Made by a program: the position numbers and the translations under genes. The notes below the pieces were generated by a model. It saw nothing but the letters and a program-made list of their open reading frames with translations. It searched no databases and was not told the origin of the DNA. DNA of 47,481 bases from an uncultured Gaiellales bacterium (GTDB lineage: Bacteria; Actinomycetota; Thermoleophilia; Gaiellales; JALYLC01): positions 14,575 through 62,055 of the forward strand of contig CAZYYP010000002.1 in NCBI GenBank assembly GCA_964651695.1, given 5' to 3'. Position 1 is the stretch's first letter. The number at the start of each line of letters is the position of its first letter. Below are positions 34,174-42,610 of the stretch, in pieces.

Positions 34174-35160
34174 TCAGCGCACCGTGTAGGGCCCCGTGCT
34201 GACGGTGTGGTAGCCCTTCGCGCCCACGGCTCGAGCGAGTTCGCTGCGCGGATCCTCGCCGGCCTCGAGCCGGTCGAGCACGTAGCGGAAGTCGTAGCGC
34301 GGGCTCCAGCCGAGCTCGGCGCGTGCACGCTCGTTGACGTAGACGCGATCGAGCCGCGGGAACATCGTCCATCCGCGCCGCGCGTACTCGGCCTCCTGGT
34401 CGGGAAAGATGCGGCGCACGACGCTCGGGGCGTCCTCGGCCAGCAACGCCGTGTCGTCGCGGACGAACGGCGTCGTGGCACTGACGATGTACTTCGAGAA
34501 TCCGATCTGCGGTGCGCGCTCGAGCGCGCAGAGGTGCGCGCTCACGACGTCCTCGATGTCGGCCCGGCGGTAGAGATATTCGTTGGCCTTCACGTTGGCG
34601 TCCTCGAACGCTGCGCGAACCTCGTCGCGATCGTCCGACTCGGGGAAGAAGCGGGAGGTGCGCAGGACGACGACGGGAAGTCCGTGATCCCGGTGGACGA
34701 GTTCGCACACGTCCTCCGCCGCCGTCTTGGTCGCGCCGTAGATGTTCCTGGGCATCGACACCACGTCTTCGGTGATCCACGCCGCGGGTGCTCCCGAGCC
34801 CGGGTAGAGCGCCCGGCCGAAGGCGCTCGTGGTGCTCGTGAAGACGAAGCTCCCGGCTCCCGCGGCGACCGCTTCCTCGAGCAGGACGAGCGTCCCCGTG
34901 ATGTTCGTGGTGACGAACGCCTGGCGATCGTGCGATCCGACGTGCGGTTTGTGGAGCGTCGCGGTGTGGATGACCGAGCGCATCCCTGCGAGGCTCCGGC
35001 GCACGAGGTCGCGGTCGGCGATCGATCCGGTCACGTCGGTGAACGGCGAGGCGAGGATGTCGAGCCCGACGACATCGCGGCCGGCGTCCCGGAGGACGCG
35101 GACGATCGCCTCACCGAGGTGCCCGGCGGATCCCGTGACGAGAATCCTGTCGCTGCTCAC
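34174..35160 (-). CDS. NAD-dependent epimerase/dehydratase (extended SDR)
   Basis: 328 aa with a Rossmann motif ILVTGSAGHLGEAIV and a catalytic YGATK. Confidence 0.9.
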   Translation of the reverse strand: MSSDRILVTGSAGHLGEAIVRVLRDAGRDVVGLDILASPFTDVTGSIADRDLVRRSLAGMRSVIHTATLHKPHVGSHDRQAFVTTNITGTLVLLEEAVAAGAGSFVFTSTTSAFGRALYPGSGAPAAWITEDVVSMPRNIYGATKTAAEDVCELVHRDHGLPVVVLRTSRFFPESDDRDEVRAAFEDANVKANEYLYRRADIEDVVSAHLCALERAPQIGFSKYIVSATTPFVRDDTALLAEDAPSVVRRIFPDQEAEYARRGWTMFPRLDRVYVNERARAELGWSPRYDFRYVLDRLEAGEDPRSELARAVGAKGYHTVSTGPYTVR

Positions 35161-35236
35161 GCGCGGACGATAGCGAGCGCCTGGGCGAGTGGCGTCTCGG
35201 CGCCGGGTCGCCGCCGGCGTCCGGGGTGTGAGGTGC

Positions 35237-35722
35237 TCAGGCCGCGAAGTCGGCGGTTGCCATGACGGCGCCGGGGGCGCCGCTGAAGGTGCCGGTGGCG
35301 AGACCGATGCCGATGCGGTGGAGGCCGGCGGTGAGGATGATCGCGCGGTGGGTGCGGGAGTGCATCCACTGGCTGACGATGCCCTCCGGTGTGCCGTAGG
35401 AGCCCTGGCCCCAGGCGATGTCCTCGCCGATCAGCGGCGCCTCGAGGTAGCGGGCGATACGCGCGTCCCAGGCCTGGGTCGGCGAGTTGTGGTCGAAGTA
35501 GCCGCCCTCCAGCATGTCGCTGGAGTGGAAGCGCGCCGCGTTGTGCAACGCCGCGCTGGCGGCAAACGGCGCGAGGCCGTGCTCGACGCGGATCTGGTTG
35601 AGGAGCACCAGAACCTGCTGCTCGCCGCTGCTCGCGCGTTTCGCTGACGTGCCACGCGCCTGGCTGACCGCCGGAGCGACGATCAGCGAGAGGCACACTA
35701 CGAGGCTGAGAAGGATCCGCAT
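35237..35722 (-). CDS. Secreted CAP/SCP (YkwD-like) domain protein
   Basis: ATG at 35720-35722 after AAGAGG. A signal peptide is followed by LLNQIRVEHGLAPF...HSSDMLEGGYFDH. Confidence 0.8.
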   Translation of the reverse strand: MRILLSLVVCLSLIVAPAVSQARGTSAKRASSGEQQVLVLLNQIRVEHGLAPFAASAALHNAARFHSSDMLEGGYFDHNSPTQAWDARIARYLEAPLIGEDIAWGQGSYGTPEGIVSQWMHSRTHRAIILTAGLHRIGIGLATGTFSGAPGAVMATADFAA

Positions 35723-35898
35723 ACCTCTTAGATCGATCCACGACACCCCCGCGACGATCCGAGGAACACCCCGGCCTCACTCCTCGATATCGACTACCCC
35801 ATTCCTTCGGGGAGCGGGCACGGCGATCGCGAAGCCGTCAGCCGTCCAGTTCCGCGTCCCGTCCCGCCCAGGCAGACGGCGACGAGCCGCCGCCGAGA

Positions 35899-37992
35899 TC
35901 AGCCGACGCGCCTGACCTCGTGCCGATCGTCGTCGATCTCGATGCACCACCGTGCGCCGAATGCGGGAACCCGATTCCAGCGGATGCGGGTGCCGGGTGG
36001 CAGCTTCGGGTCGACGGTGAGCGTGCGGGCGTCCGGATCGGGCTCGAGACCCGTCAGGGCTCGGAGGCAGAGGATGGTCGCGCCTGACGCCCACGCCTGC
36101 GGCGAGCACGCTGTCGGGTAGTGCACCGGGAATCCCGTGTCGGCCCGCGGATAGCCGGCGATCGCCTCGGGGAGGCGCCAGGCGTAGTGCTCCGCCGTCT
36201 CCATCAGCGCGACCGAGAGGCGGAGCGCCTCCTCCTTGAAGCCGGCGCGCGCGAGGCCGTAGGCGATGACGCTCGTGTCATGCGGCCAGGCGCTGCCGGT
36301 GTGGTACCCGATCGGGTTGTAGCCGGCGCCGTCGCTCGCGAGCGACCGGATCGCCCAGCCGGAGAAGAGGCGATCCGAGAGGAGCAGGTCGGCGAGCTCT
36401 CTCCGTCGGCGCTCGGGCACGATGCCCGTGAACAGCACGTGCCCGGTGTTCGACGAAAGCGCATCGACGCGCCGCTTGTCGCCGTCGAGCGCAAGCGCGT
36501 AGTAGCCGATTCCGTCGCGCTCGACCCAGAAGGCGGCGTCGAAGCGACGGGCCAACTCGTGCGCATCGGCTTCCAGGCGATCGGCCAGGGCCGTGTCGTT
36601 CCACACCCGCCGGGCGAGTTCGGCAGTCCTCACGCGGGCGTCGTAGGCGTAGCCCTGGACCTCGGCGACGGCGAGCGGGCCCCGGGCGAGCCTGCCATCC
36701 TGGAAGCGCATCGAATCCCAGGAGTCCTTCCAGCACTGGACCTCGAGACCGCGCTCCGACCTGCGCCGGAATTCGACGAAGAGGTCGCCGTCGAGATCTG
36801 CCGACTCCTCGAGCCAGGCGAGCGCGCGCCGGGCGGGCTGCTCGAGCTCGCGCACGAACTCCGCGTCGCCGCTCCACCTCCAGACCTCGGACAGGACGAT
36901 CAGGAAGAGCAGCGTGGAGTCGACCGAGCCGTAATACGGGAACTGGCCGGTCAGGCTGGCCACCTTGCCGGCGCGCATCTCGTGCAGGATCTTCCCCGGC
37001 TCGGCATCGCGGCCCGGATCGTCGTCCTGCGATTGCAACTCGGCGAGGGTGCGCAGAGCGGCGCGAGCGAGTCCATCGCCGATCGGCATGACCTGGAACG
37101 ACGTCAGGAGCGTGTCGCGACCGAACACGGTCATGAACCAGGGGAGACCCGCGGCGGGCAGCATGGGCCTCTGGTCCCCCGCCGGAGCGCGGATCCGCAG
37201 CGCGGCCAGGTCGGTCAGGGACTTGCGGTATGCGTGCGGCAAGCGCTCGAACGTCCCCTCGAGCACCGGCGCGTCGTCGAACCACGCGCGCTGAGATGCC
37301 GCGACGCGCAGTCGCTCGCTGCGGAAGAACGACGCGGGGTAGCTCGCCTGGCGGATCTCCGAACGGCCCAGCACGACGACGCAGGCCGTCAGCTCCCAGG
37401 TGGATCGTGGCTCGATCCGCACCTCGAAATGGACCTCGCGGTCCCCGGGGATCCCGGTCTCGTCGAACCACACGAGGCTCGACGCAGAGAATCCCCCGCC
37501 CTCCGCGGCGAAGCCGAACGACCGCTCGGGCGCGTCGTACCACCGGCTCGTGCGCAAGGGCGTGATCGACTTCGCGAAGGCGCGATCGCGCTCCTCGAAG
37601 CTCTGCGACTTGACTTCGAAGATGTCGAGGAAGTCGGCGTCGAACTCGTAGGCGACGATGACCTCGACGGCCTCGGCCCCATAGTTCTCGAGCGTGAGCC
37701 GCTCCTGCATCGTCCCCGCGGAGGTGAAGATCCGGCGGATCGCGGAGATCGGGGACGGGTGCGACGGCGACCCGGCGTCGTGGCTGAGGTAGATCGTCGC
37801 CGAGGCGTAGTCCCCCGTGCCCGACGAGAGCAGCTCCGGTGTCCGGCCGTCGATGGTCATCGTCCAGCGGGAGAGTTGCCGCGTGTCGTCGGCGTAGAGG
37901 CCCTCGACGCCCGAAGCGACGTCGCCACGCGCGTCCGCCACGAGGAACTGGGACCCCTCGAGGATGGTGATCTGCACCGGAGCGACGGTCAT
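35899..37992 (-). CDS. Amylo-alpha-1,6-glucosidase / glycogen-debranching-enzyme-like (GDE_N + GDE_C) protein
   Basis: 697 aa. N-terminal ILEGSQFLVADARGDV and C-terminal (alpha/alpha)6-type motifs (FGRDTLLTS, YHTGSAWPHDTS). Confidence 0.85.
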   Translation of the reverse strand: MTVAPVQITILEGSQFLVADARGDVASGVEGLYADDTRQLSRWTMTIDGRTPELLSSGTGDYASATIYLSHDAGSPSHPSPISAIRRIFTSAGTMQERLTLENYGAEAVEVIVAYEFDADFLDIFEVKSQSFEERDRAFAKSITPLRTSRWYDAPERSFGFAAEGGGFSASSLVWFDETGIPGDREVHFEVRIEPRSTWELTACVVVLGRSEIRQASYPASFFRSERLRVAASQRAWFDDAPVLEGTFERLPHAYRKSLTDLAALRIRAPAGDQRPMLPAAGLPWFMTVFGRDTLLTSFQVMPIGDGLARAALRTLAELQSQDDDPGRDAEPGKILHEMRAGKVASLTGQFPYYGSVDSTLLFLIVLSEVWRWSGDAEFVRELEQPARRALAWLEESADLDGDLFVEFRRRSERGLEVQCWKDSWDSMRFQDGRLARGPLAVAEVQGYAYDARVRTAELARRVWNDTALADRLEADAHELARRFDAAFWVERDGIGYYALALDGDKRRVDALSSNTGHVLFTGIVPERRRRELADLLLSDRLFSGWAIRSLASDGAGYNPIGYHTGSAWPHDTSVIAYGLARAGFKEEALRLSVALMETAEHYAWRLPEAIAGYPRADTGFPVHYPTACSPQAWASGATILCLRALTGLEPDPDARTLTVDPKLPPGTRIRWNRVPAFGARWCIEIDDDRHEVRRVG

Positions 37993-38081
37993 GCGAGCAC
38001 GACGGGAGCATAGGCACAGCGCGCCGCGGCGCTGTCGGGGCCCTGCGGTAGACCCGCACGCCGAACGCGCGGGTTCACGGC

Positions 38082-38110
38082 GGAACGGGACGGGCGAGCC
38101 GTCCCGTTCC
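38082..38110 (-). terminator. Perfect 12-bp hairpin downstream of the BON gene
   Basis: GGAACGGGACGG-GCGAG-CCGTCCCGTTCC. It starts 33 nt past the BON-gene stop and lies 90 nt upstream of the debranching-enzyme start. There is no U-tract. Confidence 0.45.
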
Positions 38111-38142
38111 GTTCCGTCCTGCTGCGCACGCGCCCCGACCGC

Positions 38143-38799
38143 TCAGGCGCGGACGACGAGGCGGTTCTCGACGTCGCGCACGCCCGGCGCACCCCAAGCG
38201 GCGCGCTCCGCCGCCCACCGCTCCTGGGCCGAGTGCACGGTCCCGCGCAGCGTGATCGTGCCATTGCTGGTCTCGACCTCGATGCGGCGCGCATCGAGCA
38301 CGGCATTGCGCTGGAACGCATTGAGAATGCCCTGCTTCACGAGCTTCCTCGACGGCCGCGGCTTCACGCCGATCAGGTTGACGACGTCGACGACGCCCGC
38401 GAGGTCGTGCACGGCGTTCTCGGCCGCCTGACGCTGGTAGCGCCACTCGACGCCGCCCCGGAGCGTGATGACTCCGTGACTCACCGTCACGTCGATGCCG
38501 GCCTTGGGCACCGACACGGAGCGGCGCAGTCCGTCGAGCACCGCGGTCGCGATCTCCGTGTCGGTGAGCTTGTGCGCGCCGGGGAAGACGACCTCGATGT
38601 CGTTGGCGAGCGCCTGCACCCCGAAGACGCGCTCCGCCGCGCGCTCGGCCGCGATCTTCTCGTAGTAGCTCGGGACGCTTCCGGTCAGTGTCACCACGTG
38701 ATCGTCAGCGGCGACGCCGAGGTGAGCCGCGTCGACCGAGGGCTCCCAGCGGAGCTCCTCGAGAACCCGCTCCTGGAGATTTGCATCGGCGACGGACAT
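38143..38799 (-). CDS. BON-domain (OsmY-like) protein, three BON repeats
   Basis: ATG at 38797-38799 after GAAAGGA. Three repeated BON units: VVTLTGSVPSYYEKIAAERAA, VITLRGGVEWRYQRQAAENA and TITLRGTVHSAQERWAAERAA. Confidence 0.85.
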   Translation of the reverse strand: MSVADANLQERVLEELRWEPSVDAAHLGVAADDHVVTLTGSVPSYYEKIAAERAAERVFGVQALANDIEVVFPGAHKLTDTEIATAVLDGLRRSVSVPKAGIDVTVSHGVITLRGGVEWRYQRQAAENAVHDLAGVVDVVNLIGVKPRPSRKLVKQGILNAFQRNAVLDARRIEVETSNGTITLRGTVHSAQERWAAERAAWGAPGVRDVENRLVVRA

Positions 38800-38965
38800 G
38801 ACGGTCCTTTCCGCTGGATTCTTCCGGTCCGGACACCGTATGCAGGAGGCTCTGCGCATTCATCCGCGGACGCGCGCACGTCGGATACGGCAAATCCGCA
38901 GGCCTGAGCGCCGGTTTCAGGCGCCGGGCGTCTCGCACTCCGAACGCGACGTCTGAAACGAGTCC

Positions 38966-40177
38966 TCAGGCCCGGACGGCGGGAGCGCGATGGTGCGCGG
39001 GATCGAGAGCGGCGGGCAACGCGCGAGGCAGGCGCGATTCGGCGCTCCCTGCGATCGCTGCGCGGAACGCGTTCACGTAGCGGTGCACCATGAGGCTGGG
39101 CGAGAACCGGCGCTCTGCCTCGGCCCTGCACGTCTCCGGGCGGATTGCCGCCGCCGCCGGAATCGCGTCCGCCAGCGAGCGATAGTCGTCTGCGAGGAAG
39201 CCGGTGACGCCGGGGACGACGATCTCGGGAGCCCCCGGGCAGCGGGTTGCGAGCACCGGCACACCGCAGGCCATCGCCTCGATCTTGACGAGACCGAACG
39301 GCTCGGGCCAGTCGATCGGGTTCACGAGGGCGAGCGCGCCGTGGAGCAGCGACACGATGGTGTCCCTGTCGGCTTCGCCGACGTAGCGCGCCGAGCGGTC
39401 CAGGCGGGGCAGCACGCGACGCTCGAAGTACTCCCGCTCGGCGGCAGTGTGCATCTTCCCGGCGAGGATGATCGGGAGACCGGCCTGCCGTGCCACCTCG
39501 ATGGCGCGATCAGGGCCCTTCTCACGGCACATCCTGCCGATCCAGAGCAGGTACTCGCCGGGCGCGCGCGAGCGACAGGGATAGCGCACGAGATCGACCG
39601 CGTTCGGGATGGTCGCGATCCACGGGAGGCCCGGGCGCGGCAGCCGCTGCTCCGGTGAGAGCGACACGAGCCGGGCGCCATGTGCGATGTCGAGCGCGGC
39701 GTCGTAGGTGGGCGCGAGGATGCCGTCGAGCGCGTTGTGGACCGTGTGGACGAAGGGCGTCGGGGTGGTCGCCGAGAGCGCGAGCGCGAGCGGTCCCGAG
39801 TGATCCGAGATCACGTCGAACTGGCCCGCTCGGCGGATGCACGCGAGCACGTGCTCGAGTTCGGGCAGCGTCTTTCCCAGCTGCGCGCTCGGCGCGTGCG
39901 CGTGCACGCTGACCAGACGCGCGCGCGTCGACGATCCGCCCGAAGCGAACAGCGTGACGTCGTGCCCCGCGGCGACCAGGCCGTCCACGAGCAGTGCCAC
40001 GACCGCCTCGACCCCGCCATAGCGCGGCGGGGGCACCGGGAACCACGGGGGACAGAGCACGCCGATGCGCAGTGCACCCGTGCCTCCCGCGCCCGTGTCG
40101 GCACCGGAACACGCGCGCATCCGAGTCACCGGACTCCGGCGCAACCCGGTCGTCCCGTAGGGCGTCCGACCGGGCAT
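38966..40177 (-). CDS. GT4-family (GT-B) glycosyltransferase
   Basis: RIGVLCPPWFPVPPPRYGGVEAVV...GHDVTLFA. C-terminal EPFGLVKIEAMACGVPV motif. The start is uncertain (ATG 40177, TTG 40180 or ATG 40120). Confidence 0.85.
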   Translation of the reverse strand: MPGRTPYGTTGLRRSPVTRMRACSGADTGAGGTGALRIGVLCPPWFPVPPPRYGGVEAVVALLVDGLVAAGHDVTLFASGGSSTRARLVSVHAHAPSAQLGKTLPELEHVLACIRRAGQFDVISDHSGPLALALSATTPTPFVHTVHNALDGILAPTYDAALDIAHGARLVSLSPEQRLPRPGLPWIATIPNAVDLVRYPCRSRAPGEYLLWIGRMCREKGPDRAIEVARQAGLPIILAGKMHTAAEREYFERRVLPRLDRSARYVGEADRDTIVSLLHGALALVNPIDWPEPFGLVKIEAMACGVPVLATRCPGAPEIVVPGVTGFLADDYRSLADAIPAAAAIRPETCRAEAERRFSPSLMVHRYVNAFRAAIAGSAESRLPRALPAALDPAHHRAPAVRA

Positions 40178-40230
40178 CAACGGACAGCGGCGCGAATGAA
40201 ATCCAGGGGGTGAATGTCGTGGTTGGTCAT
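40177..40230 (-). CDS. Candidate 17-codon upstream ORF coupled to the glycosyltransferase
   Basis: GAGGAGG-N11-ATG. It encodes MTNHDIHPLDFIRAAVR. Its TGA shares one nucleotide with the glycosyltransferase ATG (TGATG). Confidence 0.3.
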   Translation of the reverse strand: MTNHDIHPLDFIRAAVR

Positions 40231-40275
40231 GTGCCCTTCTGCCTCCTCACCAGGCTAGAGCGACCGAGCAGCCCC

Positions 40276-40316
40276 GTCATCGGGGCGACCTCGTAGCCGC
40301 ATTGCGGCTTCCTACG
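40276..40316 (-). promoter_or_regulatory. Bipartite conserved element, copy 1
   Basis: Plus strand reads GTCATCGGGGCG-N14-TTGCGGCTTCCTACG. It lies 45 nt upstream of the uORF/glycosyltransferase unit and matches copy 2 at 26 of its 27 conserved positions with identical spacing. Confidence 0.4.
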
Positions 40317-40504
40317 GCATCGACGGGTCGTCGTCGGCCGTACCGGCAGCGTAGGTGCGATCAGGCCTGGGCTCCGCCGGGTTCAGCCGGCTCGAGGCCT
40401 CAGGCGAACGCGACGAGGCGGATCGCAGCTACCGGCGGCCTGCCACGCACCCGGATGCCCGCGAGTTCGCGGAACGTGCGCGCATCCCGGCGCGTGACGA
40501 TGTC

Positions 40505-40996
40505 TCAGCGGTCGAGCGACGCGGGCAGACTCGTGGTGTCGCCACTCCCGGCCGGCACGACGAGCACCGGGCAGGTGGCATGCCGGACGCACTGGTCGCT
40601 CACGGATCCCAGCAGCAGGCCGGGAAAGCCCCCGTGCCCGCGAGCGCCGACCACGAGCGTATGGGCGTCCGCGGCCTCCTCGAGCAACGCGGGCGCGACC
40701 ATGCCCTCCCGGGTCCGGCAGGTCACCTCGACCGCGCCGGCGCCCTCCTCGGCCTGGATCTCGGCGATGCGCTGCTCGAGCTCCTTCGCTGCGGTGACGC
40801 GGTCGCTCTCGATGTGCTCCTGGATCCCCGCAGGGAAGGGCGCGGAGAACCAGGGCAGCCCTGCGCTAAAGGGCGTGGGGAGCCACACGTGCACGACGGT
40901 GGCGCCGACGCCGAAGCGCAGCGCCTCCTGCAGGCCGCGGCGGAGCGCCCGCTCGGCCTGGGCCGACCCGTCGACGCCGATGACGACACCGGTCAT
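40505..40996 (-). CDS. Universal stress protein (UspA family)
   Basis: ATG at 40994-40996. VVIGVDGS...LVVGARGHGGFPGLLLGSVSDQCVRHATCPVLVV. Confidence 0.85.
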   Translation of the reverse strand: MTGVVIGVDGSAQAERALRRGLQEALRFGVGATVVHVWLPTPFSAGLPWFSAPFPAGIQEHIESDRVTAAKELEQRIAEIQAEEGAGAVEVTCRTREGMVAPALLEEAADAHTLVVGARGHGGFPGLLLGSVSDQCVRHATCPVLVVPAGSGDTTSLPASLDR

Positions 40997-41049
40997 GGCG
41001 CGGGAGCCGCAGTCGGGGCCGGGCACCGGCCGATCGGGAGGTGGGTCAT
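40993..41049 (-). CDS. Candidate 18-codon upstream ORF coupled to the USP gene
   Basis: GAAAGGA-N4-ATG. It encodes MTHLPIGRCPAPTAAPAP. Its stop overlaps the USP start (ATGA). The USP start has no SD of its own. Confidence 0.3.
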   Translation of the reverse strand: MTHLPIGRCPAPTAAPAP

Positions 41050-41158
41050 GAGGTCCTTTCGCTGAGGTTGTGGGGGCGGTGTCGGCTGCGGTCAGCGGAA
41101 CTGCGCCGGAGCGGGGAGGCGGGCGGGATCCTGCCGGACGCTGTGAGCGCGGTGCCCC

Positions 41159-41665
41159 TCACGCCGTCGCGGTGGCGTGCGCGGCCGCCTGGGGGCTCGA
41201 CCCGTCTTGCGCGGCCGGGGGCACGACGAGCACCGGGACGTGAGCGTGCTGGAGGACGCTGTGGGAGACCGAGCCGAGCATCACGGACTTGAAGGTCGAG
41301 AGTCCGCGCGCGCCGATCACGATCAGCTCGGCGTCGTACTCGCGCGCGATGTCGAGAATCGTGTGCCACGTGCCCTCGTAGGTGACCTCGGCGATCTCGG
41401 GCTTGGCAGAGAGGCCCGCCTCGATCGCCAGCTTGGAGCCGATCTCGGCGAGCTCGGCCGCGCCGCGTTGCAGTGCGTCGTCATCGTAGGCCGGAAGCGC
41501 CACCATGCCCCCGTAGGCGGCGACGATGAGCGAGATCGGGCTCCAGACGTGGAGCACGATCGTCGCATGCCCGGGGAAGAGGTCGCCCGCGGTCTCGATT
41601 GCGCGGCGGGCTCCGGCGGAGTTGTCGAAACAGATCAGGATCGGCTTGCCGGCAGGCGTGGCCAT
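41159..41665 (-). CDS. Universal stress protein (UspA family)
   Basis: ATG at 41663-41665 after GAGGAGGAGG. ILICFDNS...LIVIGARGLSTFKSVMLGSVSHSVLQHAHVPVLVV. Confidence 0.85.
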   Translation of the reverse strand: MATPAGKPILICFDNSAGARRAIETAGDLFPGHATIVLHVWSPISLIVAAYGGMVALPAYDDDALQRGAAELAEIGSKLAIEAGLSAKPEIAEVTYEGTWHTILDIAREYDAELIVIGARGLSTFKSVMLGSVSHSVLQHAHVPVLVVPPAAQDGSSPQAAAHATATA

Positions 41666-41775
41666 GTGATCCTCCTCCTCAGTTGAAATGGCGGTGGGAG
41701 CCGTCGTCCGCCGAACACCTGCGGCGCCGGAGTTCACTCCCCGGTCCCGTAGTCTTCGGCGCGGCATCGCCGGGG

Positions 41776-41816
41776 GTCATCGGGGCGCGCACCCAATCAC
41801 GTTGCGGGTTCCTACG
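41776..41816 (-). promoter_or_regulatory. Bipartite conserved element, copy 2
   Basis: Plus strand reads GTCATCGGGGCG-N14-TTGCGGGTTCCTACG. It lies 111 nt upstream of the second USP gene and overlaps the last codons and stop of the PNPOx-family gene. Confidence 0.4.
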
Positions 41817-42279
41817 AGGTCGCCTGTTCCGGCGGTGCGACCTCCGCGTCGGGCGCCTCGAAGCGGCCCGTGCGCTCCCCGAGCAGGATGCGGAAGACCG
41901 ACCACGGCATCGCGGACGGATGCAGGAGCCCATCGGGCACCGGTGTCCCGCTCGGGACGAGCGGCGCGAACCGCCGGCGCAGGAGCTGCATCGCGAGGTG
42001 GGCCTCTTTCGCCTCGAGCTCGGAGAAGGTTCCCATCGCGATCACGCTCTTCCACGACGTGAGGCCGTCCATGCGGTCGATCTCGAAGCACACGCTCGGA
42101 TGGCTTCGCATCATGCGCAGCTTCAGACCCTCGCGCGAGTGCGCGTAGATCGCGACGCCGTCGTAGGCGTACGTGATCGGCACGACATACGGGCGGCCGA
42201 ACGCGTAGCAGCCGATCCTGCCGATGGCCTCGCTGCGCAGGAGATCGTCGATCTCCTCCGGTGTGAGCTCGCCCAGCAT
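41812..42279 (-). CDS. Pyridoxamine 5'-phosphate oxidase-family flavoprotein (Pyridox_ox_2 / NimA-like)
   Basis: ATG at 42277-42279 after GGGAGGAAG. LTPEEIDDLLRSEAIGRIGCYAFGRPYVVPITYAYDGVAIYAHS. Confidence 0.8.
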   Translation of the reverse strand: MLGELTPEEIDDLLRSEAIGRIGCYAFGRPYVVPITYAYDGVAIYAHSREGLKLRMMRSHPSVCFEIDRMDGLTSWKSVIAMGTFSELEAKEAHLAMQLLRRRFAPLVPSGTPVPDGLLHPSAMPWSVFRILLGERTGRFEAPDAEVAPPEQATS

Positions 42280-42419
42280 CGTGCTTCCTCCCGGTTCGCG
42301 GGTCGGAGAGATCTTCCCGGCGGGCGGGCGCCCGGGCATCGGCGAATGCGCGCATCGGAGTCGCGGACGACCCGCAGGATCGCAACCCGCCTCCCCACGG
42401 GCTTATTCAGCGGCGAGGC

Positions 42420-42470
42420 CCGGCATCGGGGAAAGCCGCACATCGAGATGCGCGGTTCTCCCGATGCCGG
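42420..42470. other. Long imperfect hairpin in a divergent intergenic region
   Basis: An 11-bp perfect outer stem CCGGCATCGGG / CCCGATGCCGG encloses a second 4+3-bp stem around loop CGAG. It contains a degenerate version of the GCATCGGGG...GCGGTTC element. Confidence 0.35.
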
Positions 42471-42610
42471 CCCCCCAGTGGCCGTGAAGGATGGCCATGC
42501 CGCGCACCACGGGTCGCCGATCGCGACCGAGTTCACGGGAGCCACGCCGAGATGGCGGGGGCTGCCGGATCCCGTGCCCTCTCTCGCGGCAGGACAGGAG
42601 TCGATGCGCA

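Noticed and set aside
38082-38110. GGGAC...GTCCC dyad considered as a DosR/DevR-type box for the stress island
   Set aside because: The half-sites are separated by 9 nt rather than the 4 nt of the GGGACTTTAGTCCC-type consensus. The element lies downstream of the BON gene and is better explained as a terminator hairpin.
40276-41776. The two copies of the bipartite element are exactly 1500 nt apart
   Set aside because: The intervening sequence is not repeated, and the two USP genes differ in length and sequence. The round number is most likely coincidence and not evidence of a tandem duplication unit.
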